Source of the DNA: a virus
Direction: 5' to 3' (one strand)
Virus record (IMG/VR): IMGVR_UViG_3300027908_000007
Length of the DNA stretch: 61,599 nucleotides
Shown here: piece after piece, positions 16,944-23,152 of the stretch
How the letters are laid out: every line of letters starts with the position of its first letter
Numbering within the stretch: position 1 is the first letter of the stretch
The notes under the pieces: generated by a model
Seen by the model: only the letters and a program-made list of their open reading frames with translations
Told to the model about the DNA's origin: nothing
The model's database searches: none
Program-made: the position numbers and the translations under genes

Positions 16944-17350
16944 GGCTTGGCCTCCCGGCATTCAGAGGCATCCACGAAGAAGCAAGCCTTTGTCTGAAAG
17001 CTTGCCCATCCGTCTGGAGAAAGCCCATGCCTACGGTTTATGTGCGTGAATCGTACGATAAAGACGATGTGGTTGGCATCGCCTAGCACGTTCACGTAGT
17101 AGGAAGAATACCGATCAGGAAAATTGGCCGCTTTCCTGTAGCGATCAGCTTGGATGCGGGAATCAGTGGCCTGATGTTCGGCCCACTTGCTTATCCGCTT
17201 CGTGAACTCGCTGTCGAAATAGTCTTCCGGGCAGGCCGCGAATTCGCGCTCCACGTAGCCTCTGAATTCCTCCTGCAAGTCTTTTTGGTAGTCGATCTCA
17301 GTTTGTCCGAATCCAAGAACAAAGGCCACTTCACACCCTCCAAGCAGCAA
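16934..17350 (-). CDS. hypothetical protein
   Basis: 138-aa ORF in the leftward operon. Confidence 0.55.
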   Translation of the reverse strand: MLLGGCEVAFVLGFGQTEIDYQKDLQEEFRGYVEREFAACPEDYFDSEFTKRISKWAEHQATDSRIQADRYRKAANFPDRYSSYYVNVLGDANHIVFIVRFTHINRRHGLSPDGWASFQTKACFFVDASECREAKPCP

Positions 17351-17375
17351 GAGAAAAGATAAACAAGAGACAGGT

Positions 17376-17681
17376 TCAGTTCACGCACTCGCAGCACTTC
17401 TCATCCAGATAAGCCACCCACGACTCGCTCTGGTTCAGCCAATTGCCGATAACCTTGCATTCTTCCTCAAGAGCCGACCGTGTCGTGTCCTCGCCAGTCC
17501 AGATCTGGGCCGACAGCACGCGGTACTCGCAGGGATTAACCCAGCCGGTGTCGTCGTAGGTGAACTCGCAGGTAACGGAGACTTGGTAGCAGAGCATGTC
17601 AGCATCGGCTGAGCCAGGCAGGCGGTCGATGCAGAGTTCGTCTATGGTGTGTTCCAAGAGGCCGTATTCGTGGGTGGTCAT
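17376..17681 (-). CDS. hypothetical acidic Cys-containing protein
   Basis: 101-aa ORF, first gene of the leftward operon 17681->16510. Confidence 0.55.
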   Translation of the reverse strand: MTTHEYGLLEHTIDELCIDRLPGSADADMLCYQVSVTCEFTYDDTGWVNPCEYRVLSAQIWTGEDTTRSALEEECKVIGNWLNQSESWVAYLDEKCCECVN

Positions 17682-17706
17682 GGGAGGCTCCTGTTAAGTG
17701 TGGCTC

Positions 17707-17721
17707 TAAGTGAGTCACTTA
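17707..17721. promoter_or_regulatory. perfect 7-1-7 palindrome (operator candidate)
   Basis: TAAGTGA-G-TCACTTA lies 26-40 nt upstream of the minus-strand start at 17681. Confidence 0.3.
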
Positions 17722-18040
17722 CTTCCCCGAATGAGGCATCGGGAACACCGCCAGTCCACTGCATTAACCTCCGGCGGGGAAGCTTGAGGCTTCAGGCTGA
17801 ATCGCTGCCTTCTCCAGCGATCCGAGAGGCGATGCGATAAGCTCGCATCCGGCTCCCACGACATTTGGCTTTCGTGAGCAGAAGCCGCCAGATTTTGTTC
17901 CCGCTGGCCAGGAAGCACTCTTGCCGGGTTGCGTCCGTCTTGGTTGTTTCAGCCAACCTCGCGAAGCTTGCGTGCGGTTTTGTGTCCCGTTCGCTCTCGA
18001 CAATTAAAGTATATACTCTTTTGTCGGGACGTCAAGCCGA

Positions 18041-18090
18041 TTTGGCAAAATAAAAAGATATTTGTCAAAATAGATTTCGGCGTGTACAAT
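18041..18090 (+). promoter_or_regulatory. sigma70-like promoter with two direct-repeat operator candidates
   Basis: TTGTCA (18062-18067), 17 nt, TACAAT (18085-18090). TTTGGCAAAATA (18041-18052) and TTTGTCAAAATA (18061-18072) are spaced 20 bp apart. Confidence 0.5.
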
Positions 18091-18096
18091 TGGGTC

Positions 18097-18291
18097 ATGG
18101 GCAAGCCTGGGAGAAAGCCAACGGGAAAGGTCCGGGAGACGTATTGTTCTACGATGGACCGTGGTTTGCTTGCTTGGCTTAGGGGAACCGCAGAACAGGA
18201 AAGCCGTCCTATCAGGGAGATAATCGAGTCTGGCCTTGTGCGAGAGCGTGAAGCCCGCAATGGCCACGAACGAAGGGGCGGTGAGTTATGA
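18097..18291 (+). CDS. ribbon-helix-helix regulator (paralog of 59914..60102)
   Basis: ORF 17929..18291 trimmed to ATG 18097. GKPGRKPTGKVRETYCSTMDRGLLAWLRGTAEQESRPIREIIESG aligns with the 59914..60102 product. Confidence 0.6.
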   Translation: MGKPGRKPTGKVRETYCSTMDRGLLAWLRGTAEQESRPIREIIESGLVREREARNGHERRGGEL

Positions 18292-18524
18292 ATGCTCTCG
18301 GAGATCGCGTCATAGCCCAGCTAAGCCAGCGACGCTGCCAAAGATGTGGAAGCCTTCTATTTCACAATCTGGACATGATGGCCAGTTACCTGGATCAGAT
18401 ATGCGAGTACCGCAGCGAAGGACGATGCGAAGAGGCCAAGGCTATTGAGGAAGGCATAGAAGCGGCGAAGGTTTGTCTCTGTTGCACTACGGTGGACGCT
18501 ATCCACAGGATGGGTGCGAAATGA
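18288..18524 (+). CDS. hypothetical Cys-containing protein
   Basis: 78-aa ORF with an ATGA junction. Confidence 0.5.
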   Translation: MNALGDRVIAQLSQRRCQRCGSLLFHNLDMMASYLDQICEYRSEGRCEEAKAIEEGIEAAKVCLCCTTVDAIHRMGAK

Positions 18525-18793
18525 CAGCACAAGACGAAGTGGTCAGCGACAGCCAGTCCGATGCGTTAGGCAAACTGTGCGGCTCCGTAATGGCAGGAGC
18601 TATCCTTTGCTCGAAGGGTAACGACGGCCTGGCGGAGATGCAGTGCAACCCAGAAGTGATGGAAAAGGCGATCAAGAAGTGCTGCGTGAGAGCTTTCGGT
18701 TCTGAGGCTTACTTGCCCAAGACGCATCGTGAATGGAAGATATACCTGACTGAAGTCTTGCGGATGGGGCTGAAGATACTGGAGGCGGAATGA
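18521..18793 (+). CDS. hypothetical protein
   Basis: ORF 18473..18793 trimmed to the coupled ATG 18521. Confidence 0.5.
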   Translation: MTAQDEVVSDSQSDALGKLCGSVMAGAILCSKGNDGLAEMQCNPEVMEKAIKKCCVRAFGSEAYLPKTHREWKIYLTEVLRMGLKILEAE

Positions 18794-18804
18794 TGGCGAA
18801 CGGT

Positions 18805-18913
18805 TCCCCTGTAGATCAATTGGCAGATCACGGAGAAAGGCCGCTTACACCGGCTGAGTAAACGGGCTGACGGCAAACGTCGGCATTGGTGAGTTCGAGT
18901 CCACCCAGGGGAA
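18805..18913 (+). ncRNA. oversized tRNA-like RNA (109 nt); possible anticodon loop CTTACAC (UAC)
   Basis: Acceptor TCCCCTG (18805-18811) pairs with CAGGGGA (18906-18912). U8A9, D-arm GATC/AATTGGCA/GATC, hairpin 18839-18855 with a 7-nt loop, and a 7-bp GCAAA-loop hairpin at 18866-18884. The T-arm 18888-18905 needs a bulged A18892. Confidence 0.35.
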
Positions 18914-18916
18914 ATC

Positions 18917-18990
18917 GCCTACGTAGGCCAATTGGTAGAGTCGTCCGCTTGAGGGGCGGAATGTTGCTGGTTCGAATCCAGCCGTAGGCA
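18917..18990 (+). tRNA. tRNA, anticodon GAG (Leu by anticodon; class-I body with a 5-nt variable loop)
   Basis: 74 nt. Acceptor GCCTACG/CGTAGGC, anticodon arm TCCGC-TTGAGGG-GCGGA (GAG at 18951-18953), T-arm GCTGG-TTCGAAT-CCAGC, A73, no encoded CCA. Confidence 0.8.
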
Positions 18991-18993
18991 ATG

Positions 18994-19065
18994 GGGCACG
19001 TAGACCAATGCAGAGTCAACAGGCTTAAAACCTGTCCAGTGTCGGTTCAAGTCCGACCGTGCTCA
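18994..19065 (+). tRNA. tRNA, anticodon UAA (Leu by anticodon; class-I body)
   Basis: 72 nt. Acceptor GGGCACG/CGTGCTC, anticodon arm ACAGG-CTTAAAA-CCTGT (TAA at 19026-19028), T-arm GTCGG-TTCAAGT-CCGAC, A73. Confidence 0.8.
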
Positions 19066-19066
19066 A

Positions 19067-19139
19067 GCCGCTGTAGGCCAATGGCAGAGCCGACAGTTTT
19101 AGAAGCTGTTGGATGAGGGTTCAAATCCCTCTGGCGGCA
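19067..19139 (+). tRNA. tRNA, anticodon UAG (Leu by anticodon; class-I body)
   Basis: 73 nt. Acceptor GCCGCTG/TGGCGGC (two G:U pairs), anticodon arm ACAGT-TTTAGAA-GCTGT (TAG at 19100-19102), T-arm GAGGG-TTCAAAT-CCCTC, A73. Confidence 0.75.
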
Positions 19140-19142
19140 ATG

Positions 19143-19216
19143 GCTCAGGTATCCCAACTGGCAGAGGAGCTACGTTCAGAACGTAGTTGTTGCAGGTTCG
19201 ATTCCTGTCCTGAGCA
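19143..19216 (+). tRNA. tRNA, anticodon CAG (Leu by anticodon; class-I body)
   Basis: 74 nt. Acceptor GCTCAGG/CCTGAGC, anticodon arm CTACG-TTCAGAA-CGTAG (CAG at 19177-19179), T-arm GCAGG-TTCGATT-CCTGT, A73. Confidence 0.8.
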
Positions 19217-19221
19217 CTGAA

Positions 19222-19295
19222 GGCCAGCTAGGCTAATTGGTAACGCCGCGATGCTCAAAACATCGTGAATTTCGGTTCGAGTCCGAAGCTGGCTA
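19222..19295 (+). tRNA. tRNA, anticodon CAA (Leu by anticodon; class-I body)
   Basis: 74 nt. Acceptor GGCCAGC/GCTGGCT, anticodon arm CGATG-CTCAAAA-CATCG (CAA at 19256-19258), T-arm TTCGG-TTCGAGT-CCGAA, A73. Confidence 0.8.
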
Positions 19296-19297
19296 AT

Positions 19298-19398
19298 CCA
19301 CGACAAGTTCCGGGGGTGTAGTTCAAATGGCTGAACGCTGCGTCTTGGGCGCGGAATTGCGGGTTCGAATCCCGTCGTGAACCCAGAGCTTGTCGTGG
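19298..19398 (+). ncRNA. tRNA-like core (19312-19383) without acceptor pairing, enclosed by a 13-bp external stem
   Basis: The D-arm GTTC/AAATGGCT/GAAC, the arm CTGCG-TCTTGGG-CGCGG (C at position 33) and the T-arm GCGGG-TTCGAAT-CCCGT all fold. But 5' GGGGGTG cannot pair with 3' CGTGAAC. CCACGACAAGTTC (19298-19310) pairs with GAGCTTGTCGTGG (19386-19398). Confidence 0.4.
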
Positions 19399-19417
19399 TT
19401 AATTCAAAGGTGATACG

Positions 19418-19651
19418 ATGATCGGCGGCATCCCCCACAACGGCAAAGGACCGGCGATGGTCGAGATTCCCGAGTTTATTCACGCTTGCAGCCAATTCGG
19501 GGACGGCTACTTGTTTCCGCCAGAGGCACGCGATGCTATGCTCAAGGGCGAAGTAAAGCGGCTCAAGGTGTTCAGTATGGTTCGCGGCCCGCAAGGTGAA
19601 CTTATCGAACAGGAACGCATCGTGGACTTCGAGAAAGGCGAGACGCTGTGA
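19418..19651 (+). CDS. hypothetical protein
   Basis: 77-aa ORF right after the tRNA array; GTGA junction to the next gene. Confidence 0.55.
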   Translation: MIGGIPHNGKGPAMVEIPEFIHACSQFGDGYLFPPEARDAMLKGEVKRLKVFSMVRGPQGELIEQERIVDFEKGETL

Positions 19652-20280
19652 GCAATGATCTTTACGCCACGCTCGGAGTCAGCCGCAAGGCACGCAAGGC
19701 CACGATTGTGAAAGCGTTCCGCCGTCTGGCGATGAAGCATCACCCAGACCGTGGAGGAGATCGTGCCGAGTTCGAGAAGATCGAAGCCGCTTACTCGATT
19801 CTAGGAGACGACGCCAAACGAAAGCGTTACGATGAGACAGGCGAAGTCGATGGACCTGCCCAGAATATTCTAGCTGACGTCATGCAAGTGCTAGGACCGT
19901 GCTACCAAGACGTGCTGAAGTCTATAATCGAATCAGGCAGGTCTCCAGAACATACCGATGTCTGCAAGATGATGCGAGACGCCATCGGTAACAAGATCAG
20001 CGAGATCAACCGAGAGATGGCCAAGCCAAAGAGGGTGCTGGCATCTTACCAGAAGCTTCTGGGGAGATGGTCGGCAAAGGATCAGCCGAATTTGATGGAT
20101 GGTCTGACGCGACAGATGGCAGATGCTCTGCGGGACCAGATAAAGCAGATGCAAGCGTTTGCGGACAGGAACAAGCAAGCATTAGAGTTCCTGAAGGCAT
20201 TCAGCTTCAAGTTCGATCCGCAAGAGATGCCACGCAGCATGAACGGGTTCGTGAGGCTCGGGCAGTGGACGACGGTTTGA
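19648..20280 (+). CDS. J-domain (DnaJ-like) co-chaperone protein
   Basis: DLYATLGVSRKA...AFRRLAMKHHPDRGGD...AYSILGDDAKRKRYD, a J domain with the HPD motif. It has no DnaJ Gly/Phe or zinc region. Confidence 0.85.
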   Translation: MSNDLYATLGVSRKARKATIVKAFRRLAMKHHPDRGGDRAEFEKIEAAYSILGDDAKRKRYDETGEVDGPAQNILADVMQVLGPCYQDVLKSIIESGRSPEHTDVCKMMRDAIGNKISEINREMAKPKRVLASYQKLLGRWSAKDQPNLMDGLTRQMADALRDQIKQMQAFADRNKQALEFLKAFSFKFDPQEMPRSMNGFVRLGQWTTV

Positions 20281-20313
20281 CATAACCCAAGGCAACAGCG
20301 TAGGTTGAACGAG

Positions 20314-20691
20314 ATGATTTACTTCGTTACCGGAAGACACGACCCCAAAAGCCTAATCAAAATCGGTTACGTTAAAGGAAGCCTTGCCAAAAGGATAAGC
20401 GACATGCAAACCGGCAATCCTTATCGCATAGTTCCTTTGCTGATCGTGGATGGAGAAATCAAGGACGAGAAGGAATTGCAAAGGTCATTTTGTGGAGCGA
20501 GGTATCGAGGGGAATGGTTTAAGCCGGCCCCGGAGTTGATAAAATTCATTCGTGAAACCGCTGGAGAATGGATAGAAAAAGAGATAGTCTCGGCTTCGCA
20601 AGATGAACCCAGGATTGAGTATCTGGCGAAAACCCTAGGATGGGAACCTGAAGAAGTTCGCTCTGGTCTTTTGGCACTTCAAAACCGATAA
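20314..20691 (+). CDS. T5orf172/MUG113-type (GIY-YIG-like) domain protein
   Basis: IYFV...IKIGY...RISDMQTGNPYRI...E..LQRSF...RYRGEWF pattern. ATG 20314 within the TTG-initiated ORF 20305..20691. Confidence 0.6.
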   Translation: MIYFVTGRHDPKSLIKIGYVKGSLAKRISDMQTGNPYRIVPLLIVDGEIKDEKELQRSFCGARYRGEWFKPAPELIKFIRETAGEWIEKEIVSASQDEPRIEYLAKTLGWEPEEVRSGLLALQNR

Positions 20692-20705
20692 TCCGATTCA
20701 GAACC

Positions 20706-21131
20706 ATGTCGAGAACCCAGCAATACGCCGACGACGAGATTCTTGAGGCCTTGCAGCTAACCAAGGGCAAGGTATACGATGCTGCCGACGTTATCGGCTG
20801 TTGTGCCGACACGATTTACGAACGGGCCAAATCCTGTCCAGCCATCCTCACGGCCATGAAGCACGCCAGGGGGAAGTTTCTCGACAAGTGCGAAGGCAAG
20901 CTTGAGGAAGCGGTTGATGCTGGCGAGCAATGGGCGATCAACCTTTCCCTGAAGACGTTGGGCCGCGAGCGTGGCTATTGGGACAAGACAGAGCAACAGC
21001 ACAGCGGTTCCGTCGAGATCAAGACGGTCACTACCGTTCGCCCGTCTACCGCCAAGCCTCTTGACGCTAATGGCTTTCTGGCCAGACAATCCCTAAATGG
21101 AACAAGCAACGGAACAAACGGCCACGGTTGA
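20706..21131 (+). CDS. terminase small subunit candidate
   Basis: N-terminal HTH-like segment and WAINLSLKTLGRERGYW motif, immediately upstream of the large terminase. Confidence 0.55.
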   Translation: MSRTQQYADDEILEALQLTKGKVYDAADVIGCCADTIYERAKSCPAILTAMKHARGKFLDKCEGKLEEAVDAGEQWAINLSLKTLGRERGYWDKTEQQHSGSVEIKTVTTVRPSTAKPLDANGFLARQSLNGTSNGTNGHG

Positions 21132-22374
21132 GCCATTCTACGTTTACCTCCCCAATGGCGACGTTAGGATCAATCTCCACGAAGGGCAGGATGAAGCCGT
21201 CCATTGCCCCGAGAGGTTCATTCTCTTGCTCGCTGGTCGCCAATCAGGCAAGACCTGCACCGGCCCCCTCTGGCTACACAGGGAAATCATGAGGTGTGGT
21301 CCGGGGGACTACCTTTGCGTAGCTCCGCAATTCTCCCTGATGAACAAGAAGGTCTTGCCTGAGTTCATCCGCTACTTCGAGACGATCTACAATCTCGGCA
21401 CCTATCGCTACACCGACCGAATCTTCCAATTCCACGACAAAGAAACCAAAGTCTTTTTCGGGCATGGCGACGATCCTGAGTCTCTCGAATCGGCCACGGC
21501 TAAAGCTGCGTGGCTAGACGAGTGCGGCCAGAAGAGATTCCGCATGTACTCCTGGGAGGCCATCCGGGGACGTCTTGCCTTGCATCGCGGTCGTGTTCTG
21601 ATGACGACGACGCCTTACGACTTGGGATGGCTCAAGAGCGAGATCTACGACCGCTGCCCGCGACCAGGAAATAAGGGAGAGCCAGACTATCGGCTGATTA
21701 ACTTCGATAGCCTGATGAACCCGGCATTCTCGCGGGAGGAATACGAAGACCTGCGAAAGAGCTTGCCTGGCTGGAGATTCCGAATGTTCTACCAAGGTCA
21801 GTTCGAGCGACCGGCCGGGATGATCTACGATTGCTTCGACGAGAAGTTCAACAAATGCCCGCGTTTCCAGATACCTTCAGACTGGAAGCGGTACATGGGC
21901 AATGACTTCGGGGCAGTGAACACGGCAGCCGTATACTTAGCTGAAGATCCAGGGACAAAGATCCTTTACGCCTATCGGGAGTACTGGCACGGAGGCAGAA
22001 CAGCCAAGCAGCACACGGCGGCGATGCTTGACAGGGAGCTGGGCTTGCCGTTGGTTTGTGTAGGCGGTGCCCAGAGCGAAGAGAACTGGCGAGACGAGTT
22101 CAAGGCGGCTGGATTGCCTATTAGGGAGCCGGATATCAAGGAAGTGGAGGTCGGAATAAATCGGGTTTACGGTGAATTCGAGTCGCATTCTCTGGTAATA
22201 TTCGATGATCTAAAGCACACGCTAGAGAACGTGATGAGCTATTCCAGGGAACTAGACGACTTCGGCCAGCCGACAGAGAAGATCGAGGACAAGGAGAAAT
22301 ATCATCTTGCGGACGCCCTTCGCTATGTGGTCGGTTACTTGCGTGGCAAACCTAAACGAGTCTGGGTGAGGTGA
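21097..22374 (+). CDS. terminase large subunit
   Basis: Walker A LLAGRQSGKT, Walker B AWLDECG, C-terminal RNaseH-like nuclease region (GNDFGAVNTAA ... DALRY). Confidence 0.85.
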   Translation: MEQATEQTATVEPFYVYLPNGDVRINLHEGQDEAVHCPERFILLLAGRQSGKTCTGPLWLHREIMRCGPGDYLCVAPQFSLMNKKVLPEFIRYFETIYNLGTYRYTDRIFQFHDKETKVFFGHGDDPESLESATAKAAWLDECGQKRFRMYSWEAIRGRLALHRGRVLMTTTPYDLGWLKSEIYDRCPRPGNKGEPDYRLINFDSLMNPAFSREEYEDLRKSLPGWRFRMFYQGQFERPAGMIYDCFDEKFNKCPRFQIPSDWKRYMGNDFGAVNTAAVYLAEDPGTKILYAYREYWHGGRTAKQHTAAMLDRELGLPLVCVGGAQSEENWRDEFKAAGLPIREPDIKEVEVGINRVYGEFESHSLVIFDDLKHTLENVMSYSRELDDFGQPTEKIEDKEKYHLADALRYVVGYLRGKPKRVWVR

Positions 22375-22380
22375 GCAAAG

Positions 22381-22686
22381 ATGAAGCGTGAGCCATTTGA
22401 CGACAGATTCAGTACCATCCGTCCTATCTGGCCAGTATTTTTCTGGCTCAAGTGCATTAAATGTTGCCATGAGTTTCGCCGTGAATATGGTTGGGCATTC
22501 AACCGCAATAGCGTATCAGAGAGGGTTGGTTGTCAAGAGTGTTTCCCGCTCAAGCAACACTTCGTTGACTACCTTAACCGTCCAATGCAGATGCCCAAAG
22601 GCGGATCAGGCACAGCACCAAGGACCAAGCCATCGCCTCCTCCGTTTACGACGATCACCAAAGAAGGCACTGAGTACAAGAGGTGA
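22381..22686 (+). CDS. hypothetical Cys-containing protein
   Basis: 101-aa ORF preceded by the AGGTGAGCAAAGATG junction cassette. Confidence 0.5.
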   Translation: MKREPFDDRFSTIRPIWPVFFWLKCIKCCHEFRREYGWAFNRNSVSERVGCQECFPLKQHFVDYLNRPMQMPKGGSGTAPRTKPSPPPFTTITKEGTEYKR

Positions 22687-22692
22687 GCAAAG

Positions 22693-22932
22693 ATGGACAT
22701 GGGACCGTGGATCATCAAAGGCAATCGCTATCCGCCACGCATTTCGATGGCGAGTCGAGTCATTGCGTGGTTGTTTCTTAAGATCGGCTTCGTCCCTCTG
22801 TCGTGGTACGCCAAGGCCGTTGAACGTGAAACCGAACTTGAGGATGATTTGCGAATGCACGAGAGAATCAGCACATCCAAGCGGGTTGTTGAGTCTTATC
22901 GCGTGCAACCTGAACCAGACCGCAGAGGCTAA
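22693..22932 (+). CDS. hypothetical membrane protein
   Basis: 79 aa with hydrophobic VIAWLFLKIGFVPLSW; preceded by the same AGGTGAGCAAAGATG cassette. Confidence 0.5.
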   Translation: MDMGPWIIKGNRYPPRISMASRVIAWLFLKIGFVPLSWYAKAVERETELEDDLRMHERISTSKRVVESYRVQPEPDRRG

Positions 22933-22936
22933 CCAA

Positions 22937-23152
22937 ATGAATGTAGTCGAGTTGATAGCCGATCAAGACGATTGTGCTTTCGACCAACCTTGCCGGTTCG
23001 GCCGTCGCGTGGAATGCCACGCCGTCTACTGCCACAACACGACATGGAAAGACGCTCCAAGGAAGTGTCATCGGTCAGCACAAGATCCAGAGTTCAGGCA
23101 CGAAGCCTGTCCAGGATTCGAGACCAATCCCGCAGCAGAGGCTAACCCATGA
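22937..23152 (+). CDS. small Cys/His-rich protein (71 aa)
   Basis: C-terminal part of ORF 22388..23152, starting at ATG 22937. ATGA-coupled to the portal. Confidence 0.45.
   Translation: MNVVELIADQDDCAFDQPCRFGRRVECHAVYCHNTTWKDAPRKCHRSAQDPEFRHEACPGFETNPAAEANP

Noticed and set aside
18780-19400. tRNA cluster as a prophage attachment site (attP/attB) or integration hotspot
   Set aside because: I saw no integrase, recombinase or excisionase gene anywhere in the closed genome. The tRNAs are complete and internal to a phage operon.
22388-23152. 254-aa plus-strand ORF spanning the terminase-portal gap
   Set aside because: Its first ~180 aa overlap two better ORFs (22381..22686, 22693..22932), each of which has its own RBS cassette, and they are Arg/Ser-rich. 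Only the last 71 aa, from ATG 22937, were kept.
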